From contig NC_043007.1 in the NCBI RefSeq assembly GCF_006345805.1, forward strand, positions 10,974,001-11,038,000: a stretch of 64,000 nt of DNA, in the 5' to 3' direction. Shown here piece by piece: positions 26,631-39,715 of the stretch (position 1 is the first letter of the stretch; each line of letters opens with the position of its first letter). Position numbers and translations under genes: made by a program. The notes under the pieces were generated by a model that was given only the letters and a program-made list of their open reading frames with translations, did not search any database and was not told where the DNA came from. The DNA is from Octopus sinensis (taxonomy: Eukaryota).

Positions 26631-26795
26631 GTAGTAATAATTATAATAATAACAACCTCGAAAAATACCTTAGGAATGAGAACCCAGGTTCGAAATTCCC
26701 CCAAGAAGTGGAAGGTATATCAGTCAAAACGTTGTGTTAACAACAAACAAGATGAAGACAAATATCGATCAAATGTAAGTAATGTAAATAATGTA
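26417..26795 (+). mobile_element. tRNA-headed PLE terminal-repeat element with fold-back head; HHR core deleted
   Basis: 26417-26488 is an inverted copy of the head at 26491-26565; (AAT)n follows; body matches 54414-54732. Confidence 0.75.
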
Positions 26796-26960
26796 TGTAA
26801 ATATTGTGTCTGGGGAGGGTCATTCTCTTTCAGTTCCTTCTTATTTAACACACTCACAGGTAAAGTTTCAACTCGTTTACTTACTTATTTTTCTAAAATT
26901 TTCATTTTGTCTTGCAACCTTTTCAATAATCATTGACTCTGTCCATTATCCAAGGACTTC
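26795..26960 (-). mobile_element. Family-D HHR-like repeat fragment, degenerate U3-A8 motif at ~26893-26930
   Basis: Matches 31720-31890. Confidence 0.55.
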
Positions 26961-27179
26961 CCTCTGCAAATACTGATAGGGCACAGATAATGCGTCAATA
27001 GCCAGCTGGAGGAGATGTCTTCCTGGAGCTACAAGCTACAGTGACATCGACCCTTTAGGGTTAGCAACATTTAGGTGGCAAATATACTTCACGATGTCAT
27101 GCTGCTGCTGTTTATATCTTGCTCAGAGATTTATTATTGCTATATATGTATGTAAGTATGTATATATATATAATATATA

Positions 27180-27377
27180 CGGGTGTTGGACAAGATAATG
27201 GAAACACCTGGCATCATAGCATCATAATTTTGAAATATCTATAAAACCGTCAAAAGCTTGTTTAATTTTATGTTTTTTGATTTATTATTAGCGTTGCTTA
27301 ATGTGTTTTGCTAAAATTGCTGCTTCTTTTCAGATATCATCAGAAATAGGTAATTAAAATTCATTAAAATGACAGAT
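27180..27377 (+). mobile_element. Tc1 left end only
   Basis: High identity by eye to 29363-29560. Confidence 0.85.
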
Positions 27378-28075
27378 CATGAAGGGAAAGAAAATTAAAA
27401 ACATTTTTAAAAATTTATTTACTGAAATAAGTCAGAAACCATGGCCTAGGAACTAAATTAGATGGTAAATGTTTTTAATTTTCTTTCCCTTCGTGAATTT
27501 ATTCCTAATTAATGGTTTGAATTGTTTACTGCTCTTTCTAGCACAAAGCTTTCCTATGATGGAAGCCTCTTACTGTGTTTTAATTTACATGATATTTTTA
27601 TATGAATAATATATGGTTTATTGACTAATTTTTTTTGCGCTAGGCCACTGGAAATAAAAATTTCTATAATTCTTATTACCCTGATATTACTTATCATGTT
27701 TAAATGATTTTTGATAAATTTATTTGAGGTTTTACCGGCATCCTCTCTGTTGCCGGAAATGAGCCGCGTCTGCACGGTGGATTTGAAAAGTTAGAATATA
27801 CAGAGAATGAGTTTACATGCGGAATCAATCTCGTTGGGTGTGTATTTAAAATCTAAAGGCTACCTACTGATGAAGACTGGTCTCAGTAAATTTTTTTACT
27901 GAAATAAGTCAGAAACCATGGTCTAGGAACTACATTAGATGGTAAATGTGTTTAATTTTCTCTCCCTTCGTGAATTTATCCCTAATTAGTGGTTTGAGTT
28001 GTTTACTGCTCTTTCTAGCACAAGGCCTTCCTGTGATGGACGCCTCTTAATGTGTTTTAATGTACACGATATTTA
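27378..28075 (+). mobile_element. Retrozyme-like family E: 477-nt unit, ~180-nt terminal redundancy, 29-nt inverted arm
   Basis: actgaaataag at 27421 and 27898; 27378-27406 inverts 27467-27495. Confidence 0.85.
27863..27927 (+). ncRNA. Type I hammerhead ribozyme
   Basis: ccua-CUGAUGA-aGACU..AGUCa-GAA-ACCAUGGU-C-uagg; GUC triplet. Confidence 0.9.
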
Positions 28076-28203
28076 TATATATATATTATATATATAGTAT
28101 GTATATGTATATATATATATATATATATATTGTATGTGTATATATATATATATATAATATAATATATATTATAATATATGTATGTATATGTATATATATA
28201 TTA

Positions 28204-28243
<40 letters not shown>

Positions 28244-28396
28244 CCAATTAAGGACTGAACACGAAAAGTGGACAGTCAACATGCTAGATATAGACGTCAA
28301 ATCGCCATTCACCACAAAAGATTATGTTCTCAGATCAAACTCAACACAAAACCATAGCAATAAACAAGTGAAAAATATACGAAATAAAATAATTAC

Positions 28397-28460
28397 CCAT
28401 GTACTAAATTAGTTTCAGCTGTTATTTTCCGCAAGGAAACTGCAGCCATCATCAGCATGG
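28397..28460 (-). ncRNA. Type I hammerhead ribozyme
   Basis: ccaug-CUGAUGA-uGGCUG..UUUCCuugcGGAAA..CAGCU-GAA-ACUAAUUUAGU-A-caugg. Confidence 0.9.
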
Positions 28461-29068
28461 TCCGTTATAATGTAATTTGCTGGACTAGATGCAAACACGA
28501 TACCGAAATATCGCGTGCATGAGTTCAGCCTATTACATTTGAATATATCTTTCAAATGCCTCTACTTTGGCGCGTTGGAACCCGAGAAAACCGAAAACCA
28601 GCCTGCAGCTAATAATTAGCAGCAGTTAATTTATCGGTTAGAGAAACATATTTATTTATATAATTAATTAAGGGTAGAAATTGATATTTATCAATTAAGA
28701 CCAGTGGTCTAGCATATTAAAAAAAAAAAGAATCCGAAGATTAAAATTTATATATACAATTAGGACTGAACACGAAAAGTGGACAGTCAACATTTTAATC
28801 TTCGGATTCTTTTTTTAATATGCTAGACCACTGGTCTTAATGATAAATATCAATTTCTACCCTTAATTAATTTATATAAATAAATATGTTCTCTAACCGA
28901 TAAATTAACTGCTGCTAATTATTAGCTGGAGGCTGGTTTTCTCGGGTTCCACAAACGCCAAAGTAGAGGCATTTGAAAGATATATTCAAATGTAATAGGC
29001 TGAACTCCATGCACACGATATTTCGGTATCGTGTTGCATCTAGTCCAGCAAATTACATTTATAACGGA

Positions 29069-29131
29069 CCATGCTGATGATGGCTGCAGTTTTCCTTGCG
29101 GAAAATAACAGCTGAACAATTTAGTACATGG
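29069..29131 (+). ncRNA. HHR, second-arm copy with GAAAC read as GAAC
   Basis: Inverted copy of 28397-28460; the indel may be sequencing error. Confidence 0.7.
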
Positions 29132-29362
29132 GTATTATTTTAATTTCGTATATTTTTCACTTGTTATTGCTATGGTTTGTGTTGAGTTTGATCTGAGAAC
29201 ATAATTCTTTGGTGAATGGCGATTTGACGTCTATATCTAGCATGTTGACTGTCCACTTTTCGTGTTCAGTCCTTAATTGGTATATATAAATATTTTAATC
29301 TTCAGATTCTTTTAATATGCTTAGACCACTGGTCTTAATTTATATATATATATATATATATA

Positions 29363-30619
29363 TGTGTTGGACAAAATAATGGAAACACCTGGCATCATAG
29401 CATCATAATTTTGAAATATCTATAAAACCATCAAAAGCTTGTTTAGTTTTATGTTTTTTTCCTTTATTATTAGTGTTGCTTAATGTGTTTTGCTAAAATT
29501 GCTATTTCTTTTCAGATATCATCAGAAATAGGTAATTAAAATTCATTAAAATGACAGATCTATTTGACTTTCAAAGCGATCAAATTGTTGGTGTTCGTAT
29601 GGAAGGACCTAGCATAATGATACAGCCGAAATGTTTGGTGTATCAAAAATTACTGTCTTGAAAGTAATGACAGCCCTTGAGAAAGAGGGGAAAAACCTCC
29701 TTGTCGAAACAAAACTCTAGAAGAAAACCAAAACTTTCAGAGAGGGACCATCGGACTCTTACGCAAATTGTTAGAAAATATCACAAAAGTACAGCTCCCA
29801 GAATTACTGCAGAGCTTAATGACCACCTTGAGAACCCAGTTTCCACTGAAACTGTTTGCTGGGAGATGCACAAAGCCAGATTTCATGGGAGGGCGGCAAT
29901 TAGAAAACCACTACTTTCTAAAACAAACGTTACAAAACATTTAGAGTGGAGTAAAAAGCTGCAGAATTGGTCCTTAGAGTAGTGGAAAAATGTTATTTTC
30001 CTGGATGGGTCATCCTTTATCTTATTTCTGACCACTGGCTGAATATATGTGTGGAGACAGACAAAAGAAGCATTTGACCCAGACTGCCTTCTTCCAACTG
30101 TTAAACATGGATGAGGATCTGTGATGATCTGGGTGGGGCAATATCTTGGAAATCCGCTGGCCCAGTGGTTTCACTTCATGGCAGAATTAATAGTCAAGAC
30201 TATTTAAGTATTTTATCTGATCAAATTCATCCTATGGTTGCGGAACTGTTTCCGGAGGGAAATGCAATCTTTCAGGATGATAATGCATTAATTCACACAG
30301 CTAAAGTTGTTACTGAATGGCACGAGGAACATTCTAGTAAAGCTAAACGTTCTAACTGGCCACTACAGTCCTCAGATCTCAATATCATTGAACATTTATG
30401 GGGCATTTTGGAAAAACAAGTAAGTAGTCAATATCCTCCACCATCATCACTACAAGAACTGGAGACTGTTTTAGCTGAAGAATGGACAAAAATTCCTTTG
30501 GAAACAATTCAAACTTTGTACGAGTCCATACTTCTTAGATTTCAAGTTGTAATTACTGCCATATTAAAATAAATTTGTTTGAAATTTTAAGGTGTTTCTA
30601 TTATTTTGACCAATCCCTG
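29363..30619 (+). mobile_element. Tc1 transposon, near full length, transposase disrupted
   Basis: ~28-bp TIRs in TA; GRAAIRKPLL, IFQDDNA, WPLQSSDLNIIEHLW (DD34E type). Confidence 0.9.
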
Positions 30620-30732
30620 TATATATATTATATATATTACAACACACATACATATACATACATACATATACATACATATATATATTATATATATATATAT
30701 ATCTATATATATATATAATATATATATATATA

Positions 30733-31643
30733 TAATTAATTAATAAGGTGAGAGAATTAGATACTAATTTAATAGTATATCTATTCAACACCAAGTGGCC
30801 CTAGTGCTCGAGAGAAACCTGGACTATTATAATATTTTATAATATATTATAATATTTTTACAAAATAAATATAAGAGAGTGGTCACTAGATGCTCGAGCT
30901 ACAAGTGGATTTTTTGTAAGTAAAATTACATTTAATTCATTAATAGCGAAACAATTGTCCCAAAATAATCTGTATTTTTGTTATTTTTTATTTGCCCTGT
31001 CCGTGTGAGCTAACAATCATACTGACTTTCATGGAAACATGTATTTTTGTGGTTGAAACCTTTTGGATTAACTGGTGCTAGAGTGAGCCATATAGTGACC
31101 ACTCTCTTATATTTATTTTGTAAAAATATTATAATATATTATAAAAATATAATAATCCAGGTTTCTCGGAGCACTAGGCCACTTGGTGTTGAATAGATAT
31201 ACTATTAAATTAGTATCTAATTCTCTCACCCTTATTAATTAATTATAATTATGCTACATTTATTTCTAATGCAGTCTTTGTTTTCCGTGAAAGTTTGGCG
31301 CGCTGTTAGTTGGGGCATTTGAATTATAACGTCGGATGTAATCAATTGAACCACACGCGTATTTATCGTTATGGTAAATCTGGCGTGTGATTGAGTGGAT
31401 TTCATCCAGATAGTTTTGGGCTGACGAGCTACAAGTGGATTTTTTTGTAAGTAAAATTACATTTAATTCATTAATAGCGAAACAATTGTCCCAAAATAAT
31501 CTGTATTTTTGTTATTTTTTATTTGCCCTGTCCGTGTGAGCTAACAATCGTACTGACTTTCATGGGAAACGTATTTTTGTGGTTGAAACCTTTTGGATTA
31601 ACTGGTGCTAGAGTGAGCCATATAGTGACCACTCTCTTATATT

Positions 31644-31649
<6 letters not shown>
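30733..31649 (+). mobile_element. Retrozyme-like family B: 530-nt unit, ~225-nt terminal redundancy, ~160-nt inverted arm
   Basis: gagctacaag at 30896 and 31426; 30733-30895 inverts ~31087-31255; (TA)n flanks. Confidence 0.9.
31414..31496 (+). ncRNA. Type I hammerhead ribozyme with large loop 2
   Basis: uuuugg(g)-CUGACGA-GCUA..UAGC-GAA-ACAAUUGU-C-ccaaaa. Confidence 0.85.
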
Positions 31650-31708
<59 letters not shown>

Positions 31709-31719
31709 GTATGTATATG

Positions 31720-31890
31720 TTGTTGTGTCTGGGGAGAGTCATTCTCTTTTAGTGCCTTCTTATTTACCACACACACTCACTGGTAAAGTTTCCATTCATT
31801 TACTTATATATTTTTCTAAACTTTTCATTGCGTCTTGCAACCTTTTCAATAGTTGTTGACTCTGTCCGTTATCCGAGCTGCGTTCTTTTT
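31720..31890 (-). mobile_element. Family-D fragment with U3-A8 HHR-like motif at 31816-31852
   Basis: cua-UUGAAAA-gGUUGC..GCAAU-GAA..uag; stem III degenerate. Confidence 0.55.
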
Positions 31891-32644
31891 GTTTGTTTGT
31901 GCACATATGTATGTGTCAGTGTGTGTGTGTGCACATACACATGTATGTATGCATGCATGTATGTATGTATATGTATATCTGTATATATTGTACATGCAGC
32001 ACAAATGCATATATATTAGTCAATATACCAACATGTACTCACTGCATTTGTCTGTGTATATAATACATCATAATCACTATAAATCTATCTATCTATATAT
32101 ATAAACAAACTTTGATTTAGTTTTCACGTACATATATGTAGGTTTAAACATATATATACAGAAACTTAAGGTTAGTTTACATAAGCTTGTGCCCTATTCT
32201 AAAAACACTAACTGTTTCTAGCCAGAGAATTTTATCATGTGAGAATGTCTTATAGTAGCCAATGCTTTCAGTTTTAGCTTCAGACAAATTCAAAAGCCAT
32301 TATTCACTATATTCATTGAGATGTAAGCATTCATTTCAAGGTGTTATATCAAATTATCAACCATTCTGTCCTTGTTTGTTCTCTCTGTGTTTAGCACCTT
32401 GTGGGTAGTAAAGAAATTGATATGCATTTTATGGAGTGCTCAGCCATTTGCATGTAAATTTCATGATCTGGCTTTTCCGTTCATCGGATCAATTAGAACC
32501 CTTATCAGCATAACTAATGGAGTGCCTGTAGCAGTTACTGTCTGGAAGAAATTCATAGAATGTGTACCTTTGTTTTTCCTCTTTCAGTACATAACATTAG
32601 CAGTTTAGGAATTAGGAATTAAGAGAGAAAATTCTTAACGCTTA

Positions 32645-33150
32645 CATCATCATCATCATCATCGTTTAATGTCCGTTTTCCATGCTAGCATGGGTTGGAT
32701 GATTTGACTGAAGTCTGGCGAACCAGATGGCTGCACCAGACTCCAATCTGATCTGGCAGAGTTTCTACAGCTGGATGCCCTTCCTAACGCCAACCACTCC
32801 GAGAGTGTAGAGAGTGCTTTTACGTGCCCCCGGCACGAGGGCCAGTCAGGCGGTACTGGCAATGGCCATGCTCAAATGGTGCTTTTTATGTGCCACCTGT
32901 ACAGGAGCCAGTCCAGTGGCACTGGCAATGATCTTGCTCAAATGTTTTTTCATGTGCTACCAGCACAAGTGCCAGTAAGGCGACGCAGGTAATGATCATG
33001 CTTGAATGGTGTTTTTAACATGCCACCGGCACAGAGGCCAGTTTATTTCTCTGGCAACGATCATGCTCATATCGTACTCTTAGCGCTCCACTAGCACGGA
33101 TGCCAGACCTCGAATTTGATTTCGTTTTTTATTTCGATTTCACTTGCCTC
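32645..33150 (-). mobile_element. RTE 3' UTR fragment with internal ~55-60-bp sub-repeats
   Basis: (CAT)n end; GGATGCCCTTCCTAACGCC motif. Confidence 0.8.
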
Positions 33151-33689
33151 AAAAGGTCTTCACATGTAGAGTTTAGTGTCCAATGAAGGAAAAGTACACA
33201 TAAGTGAGCTGGTTACACCCCTGGCATAGGCCACAAGGTTATGGAAGATAATAACTGCTTCCAAGGAATTTCACTTTGTCAAATACCTGTCTTATGGCAT
33301 CCAATAACTTTCAGTTTTAGCAACTGACAAATTCACAAGATGGCAAAAGGGACCACCAGAATAAGTACCAGACTTGAAAACCAAAATAAGTGCTGGGGGT
33401 CAGTTTGGTTAACAAAATTTTTCTTGGTAGTGCTCCAGCATGGCCACAGTCAAAAGATAAAAGAAAGCTGATGTGTCTCTAGGAGATAGAACTTGCAGCA
33501 TTGTATTTGCAAAATGATAGGGATACGTATACATGTGTATACACAAAGACATACACAACATGCACACACAGACAGCAGAAAACATATGGAATTTATAACA
33601 CACACACACAATGCACAACACACTTACACGTGTGTGTGTGTGTTGGTATATTTGATGACAGTGATCTATTTGGTAGTGGTGGTAGTAGT

Positions 33690-36600
33690 AGTGCTGCTGG
33701 TAGAAGTGGTGGTGTTGGTAGCGGTGATAGTGATAGTGGTACTGGTAGTAGCAGTAGTGGTTGTAGTAGTGGTGATAGTGATAGCTATAGTGGTGGTGGG
33801 GTTTATGATGTGACAGTGGTAGTGGTGGTAGTTGTGACTGTGATAGTAATAGTGGTGGTGGTGTTTGTGATGTGACGGTGGTAGTGGTGGCAATATGATG
33901 GTGGTGTTGGTAGTGGTGGTAGTTGTGACTGTGATAATAATAGTGGTGGTGGTAGTGGTAGTAATATGATAGTAGTGTTGGTAGTGGTAGTAGTTGTGAC
34001 TGTGATAGTAATAGTGGTGGTGGTGTTTGTGATGTGGTGGTGGTAGTGGTGGCAATATGAATTGTGGTGTTGGTAGTGGTAGTAGTTGTGACTGTGATAG
34101 TAATAGTGGTGGTGGTGTTTGTGATGTGGTGGTGGTAGTGGTGGCAATATGAATTGTGGTGTTGGTAGTGGTGGTAGTTGTGACTGTGATAGTAATAGTG
34201 GTGGCAGTGTTTGTGATGTGATGGTGGTAGTGGTAGCAATATGATGGTGGTGTTGGTAGTGGTGGTAGTTGTGACTGTGATAGTAATAGTGGTGGCAGTG
34301 TTTGTGATGTGATGGTGGTAGTGGTAGCAATATGATAGTGGTGTTGGTAGTGGTGGTAGTTGTGACTGTGATAGTAATAGTGGTGGCAGTGTTTGTGATG
34401 TGATGGTGGTAGTGGTAGCAATATGATGGTGGTGTTGGTAGTGGTGGTAGTTGTGACTGTGATAGTAATAGTGGTGGCAGTGTTTGTGATGTGATGGTGG
34501 TAGTGGTAGCAATATGATAGTGGTGTTGGTAGTGGTGGTAGTTGTGACTGTGATAGTAATAGTGGTGGCAGTGTTTGTGATGTGGATGGTGGTAGTGGTA
34601 GCAATATGATGGTGGGTGTGGTAGTGGTGGTAGTTGTGACTGTGATAGTAATAGTGGTTGGTGTTTGGTGATGTGGTGGTGGTAGTGGTGGCAATATGAT
34701 GGTGGTGTTGGTAGTGGTGGTAGTTGTGACTGTGATAGTAATAGTGGTGGCAGTGTTTTGTGATGTGATGGTGGTAGTGGTGGCAATATGATGGTGGTGT
34801 TGGTAGTGGTGGTAGTTGTGACTGTGATAGTAATAGTGTGGTGGTGGTGTTTGTGATGTGTGGTGGTAGTGGTGGCAATATGATGGTGGGTGTTGGTAGT
34901 GGTGGTAGTTGTGACTGTGATAGTAATAGTGGTGGCAGTGTTTGTGATGTGACGGTGCTAGTGGTAGCAACATGATAGTGGTGGTGGTAGTGGTAGCAAT
35001 ATGATAGTGGTGTTGGTAGTGGTGGTAGTTGTGACTGTGATAGTAATAGTGGTGGCAGTGTTTGTGATGTGGTGGTGGTAGTGGTAGCAATATGATAGTG
35101 GTGTTGGTAGTGGTGGTAGTTGTGACTGTGATAGTAATAGTGGTGGCAGTGTTTGTGATGTGATGGTGGTAGTGGTAGCAATATGATGGTGGTGTTGGTA
35201 GTGGTGGTAGTTGTGACTGTGATAGTAATAGTGGTGGCAGTGTTTGTGATGTGATGGTGGTAGTGGTAGCAATATGATAGTGGTGTTGGTAGTGGTGGTA
35301 GTTGTGACTGTGTGATAGTAATAGTGGTGGCAGTGTTTTGTGATGTGATGGTGGTAGTTGGTAGCAATATGATGGTGGTGTTGGTAGTGGTGGTAGTTGT
35401 GACTGTGATAGTAATAGTGGTGGCAGTGTTTGTGATGTGGTGGTGGTAGTGGTAGCAATATGATAGTGGTGTTGGTAGTGGTGGTAGTTGTGACTGTGAT
35501 AGTAATAGTGGTGGCAGTGTTTGTGATGTGGTGGTGGTAGTGGTAGCAATATGATAGTGGTGTTGGTAGTGGTGGTAGTTGTGACTGTGATAGTAATAGT
35601 GGTGGCAGTGTTTGTGATGTGATGGTGGTAGTGGTAGCATATGATGTTGGTGGTGGTAGTGGTGGTAGTTGTGACTGTGATAGTAATAGTGGTGGCAGTG
35701 TTTGTGATGTGATGGTGGTAGTGTGGCAATATGATGGTGGTGTTGGTAGTGGTGGTAGTTGTGACTGTGATAGTATAGTGGTGGTTGGGTGTTTGTGATG
35801 TTGGTGGTGGTAGTGGTGGCAATATGATGGTGGTGTTGGTAGTGGTGGTAGTTTGGTGACTGTGATAGTAATAGTGGTGGTGGTGGTTTGTGATGTGATG
35901 GTGGTAGTGGTGGCAATATGATGGTGGTTTTGGTAGTGGTGGTAGTTGTGGACTGTGATAGTATATAGTGGTGGCAGTGTTTGTGATGTGACGGTGCTAG
36001 TGGTAGCAATATGATAGTGGTGTTGGTTGGTGGTAGTTGTGACTGTGATAGTAATAGTGGTGGCAGTGTTTGTGATGTGGTGGTGGTAGTGGTAGCAATA
36101 TGATAGTGGTGTTGGTAGTGGTGGTAGTTGTGACTGTGATAGTAATAGTGGTGGCAGTGTTTGTGATGTGGTGGTGGTAGTGGTAGCATATGATAGTGGT
36201 GTTGGTAGTGGTGGTAGTTGTGACTGTGATAGTAATAGTGGTGGCAGTGTTTTGTGATGTGGTGGTGGTAGTGGTAGCAATATGATAGTGGTGTTGGTAG
36301 TTGTGGAGTTGTGACTGTGATAGTAATAGTGGTGGCAGTGTTTGTGATGTGGTGTGGTAGTGGTGTAGCAATATGATAGTGGTGTTGGTAGTGGTGGTAG
36401 TTGTGACTGTGATAGTAATAGTGGTGGCAGTGTTTGTGATGTGACGGTGCTAGTGTGTAGCAATATGATAGTGGTGTTGGTAGTGGTGGTTAGTTGTGAC
36501 TGTGATAGTAATAGTGATGGCAGTGTTTGTGATGTGATGGTGGTAGTGGTAGCAATATGATGGTGGTGTTGGTAGTGTGGGTTTGTGACTGTGATAGTAA

Positions 36601-39600
36601 TAGTGGTGGTGGTGTTTGTGATGTGACGGTGTAGTGGTGAATATGATGGTGGTGTTGGTAGTGGTGGTAGTTGTGACTGTGATAGTAATGTGGTGGTGGT
36701 GTTTGTGATGTGGTGGTGGTAGTGGTGGCAATATGATGGTGGTGTTGGTAGTGGTGGTAGTTGTGGACTGGGATAGTAATAGTGGTGTGGTGTTTGTGAT
36801 GTGACGGTGCTAGTGGTAGCAATATGATAGTGGTGTTGGTAGTGGTGGTAGTTGTGACTGTGATAGTAATAGTGGTGACAGTGTTTGTGATGTGACGGTG
36901 GTAGTGGTGGCAATATGATAGTGGTGTTGGTAGGGTGGTAGTTGTGGACTGTGATAGTAATAGTGGTGGTGTGTTTGGGATGTTGTGGTGGTAGTGGTGG
37001 CAATATGATAGTGGTGTTGGTAGTTGTGGTTTGTTGACTGTGATAGTAATAGTGGTGGCAGTGTTTGTGATGTGACGGGGGTGGTATGTGGTAGCAATAT
37101 GATAGTGGTGTTGGTAGTTGTGGTTAGTTGTGACTGTGTGATAGTAATAGTGGTGGTGGTGTTTGTGTGTGGATGTGGTGGTGTGTAGTGGTGCAATATG
37201 ATAGTGGTGTTGGTAGTGGTGGTAGTTGTGACTGTGATAGTAATAGTGGTGACAGTGTTTGTGATGTGACGGTGGTAGTGGTAGCAATATGATAGTGGTG
37301 TTGGTAGTGGTGGTAGTTGTGACTGTGATAGTAATAGTGGTGACAGTGTTTGTGATGTGATGGTGGTAGTGGTAGCAATATGATAGTGGTGTTGGTAGTG
37401 GTGGTAGTTGTGTGACTGTGATAGTAATAGTGGTGGCAAGTGTTTGTGATGTGATGGTGGTAGTGGTAGCAATATGATGGTGGTGGTGGTAGTGGTGGTA
37501 GTTGTGACTGTGATAGTAATAGTGGTGGGGCAGTGTTTTGATGTGATGGTGGTAGTGGTAGCAATATGATGGTGGTGTTGGTAGTGGTGGTAGTTGTGAC
37601 TGTGATAGTAATAGTGGTGGTGGTGTTTGGTGATGTGACGGTGGTAGTGGTGAAATATGATGGTGTGTTGTTTAGTGGTGGTAGTTGTGATGTGATAGTA
37701 ATAGTGGTGGTGGTGTTGTGATGTGGTGGTGGTAGTGGTGGCAATATGATGGTGTGTGTGTAGTGGTGGTAGTTGTGACTGTGATAGTAATAGTGGTGGC
37801 AGTGTTTGTGATGTGATGGTGGTAGTGGTGGCAATATGATGGTGGTGTTGGTAGTGGTGGTAGTTGTGACTGTGATAGTAATAGTGGTGGTGGTGTTTGT
37901 GATGTGGTGGTGGTAGTGGTGGCAATATGATGGTGGTGTTGGTAGTGGTGGTAGTTGTGACTGTGATAGTAATAGTGGTGGTGGTGTTTGTGATGTGATG
38001 GTGGTAGTGGTGGCAATATGATGGTGGTGTTGGTAGTGGTGGTAGTTGTGACTGTGATAGTAATAGTGGTGGCAGTGTTTGTGATGTGACGGTGCTAGTG
38101 GTAGCAATATGATAGTGGTGTTGGTAGTGGTGGTAGTTGTGACTGTGATAGTAATAGTGGTGGCAGTGTTTGTGATGTGGTGGTGGTAGTGGTAGCAATA
38201 TGATAGTGGTGTTGGTAGTGGTGGTAGTTGTGACTGTGATAGTAATAGTGGTGGCAGTGTTTGTGATGTGGTGGTGGTAGTGGTAGCAATATGATAGTGG
38301 TGTTGGTAGTGGTGGTAGTTGTGACTGTGATAGTAATAGTGGTGGCAGTGTTTGTGATGTGGTGGTGGTAGTGGTAGCAATATGATAGTGGTGTTGGTAG
38401 TGGTGGTAGTTGTGACTGTGATAGTAATAGTGGTGGCAGTGTTTGTGATGTGGTGGTGGTAGTGGTAGCAATATGATAGTGGTGTTGGTAGTGGTGGTAG
38501 TTGTGACTGTGATAGTAATAGTGGTGGCAGTTGTGACTGTGATAGTAATAGTGGTGGCAGTGTTTGTGATGTGACGGTGCTAGTGGTAGCAATATGATAG
38601 TGGTGTTGGTAGTGGTGGTAGTTGTGACTGTGATAGTAATAGTGATGGCAGTGTTTGTGATGTGATGGTGGTAGTGGTAGCAATATGATGGTGGTGTTGG
38701 TAGTGGTGGTAGTTGTGACTGTGATAGTAATAGTGGTGGTGGTGTTTGTGATGTGACGGTGGTAGTGGTGGCAATATGATGGTGGTGTTGGTAGTGGTGG
38801 TAGTTGTGACTGTGATAGTAATAGTGGTGGTGGTGTTTGTGATGTGGTGGTGGTGTTTGTGATGTGGTGGTGGTAGTGGTGGCAATATGATGGTGGTGTT
38901 GGTAGTGGTGGTAGTTGTGACTGTGATAGTAATAGTGGTGGTGGTGTTTGTGATGTGACGGTGCTAGTGGTAGCAATATGATAGTGGTGTTGGTAGTGGT
39001 GGTAGTTGTGACTGTGATAGTAATAGTGGTGACAGTGTTTGTGATGTGACGGTGGTAGTGGTGGCAATATGATAGTGGTGTTGGTAGGGGTGGTAGTTGT
39101 GACTGTGATAGTAATAGTGGTGGCAGTGTTTGTGATGTGACGGTGGTAGTGGTAGCAATATGATAGTGGTGTTGGTAGTTGTGGTAGTTGTGACTGTGAT
39201 AGTAATAGTGGTGGTGGTGTTTGTGATGTGATGTGGTAGTGGTAGCAATGATAGTGCTGTTGGTAGTGGTGGTAGTTGTGACTGTGATAGTAATAGTTGG
39301 TGGCAGTGTTTGTGATGTGATGGTTGGTGGTAGTGGTAGCAATATGATAGTGGTGTTGGTAGTGGGGTAGTTGTGACTGTGATAGTAATAGTGGTGGCAG
39401 TGTTTGTGATGTTGTGGTGGTGGTAGTGGTAGCAATATGATAGTGGTGTTGGTAGTGGTGGTAGTTGTGACTGTGATAGTATTAGTGGTGGCAGTGTTTG
39501 TGATGTGATGGTGGTAGTGGTCGCAATACGATGGTGGTGTTGGTAGTTGTGGTAGTTGTGACGGTGATAATAATAGTGGTGGTGGTAGTGGTAGTAATAA

Positions 39601-39715
39601 GATGGTGGTGTTGGTAGTGGTGATAGTTGTGATGGTGACAGCTATAGTGGTGGTGGTGGTGGTTTTGTGATGTGATGGTGGTAGTCGTAGTGGTTGTGGT
39701 GTGTACGTGCAATGG
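33690..39715. repeat. 91-bp (GGT)-derived minisatellite, about 60 units
   Basis: gtggcag recurs at 34201, 34292, 34383; plus strand strongly G/T-rich. Confidence 0.95.

Larger units (their letters stand above)
28243..29340. mobile_element. Retrozyme-like family A, copy 1: two head-to-head arms, each longer than one ~500-510-nt unit
   Basis: 28243-28792 minus, 28793-29340 plus; both terminally redundant; (TA)n flanks. Confidence 0.9.

Noticed and set aside
33409-39435. ORFs of 300-926 aa as a mucin or His-rich protein
   Set aside because: A C/A-rich repeat strand lacks stops; all frames are open and interconvert through the 91-bp period.
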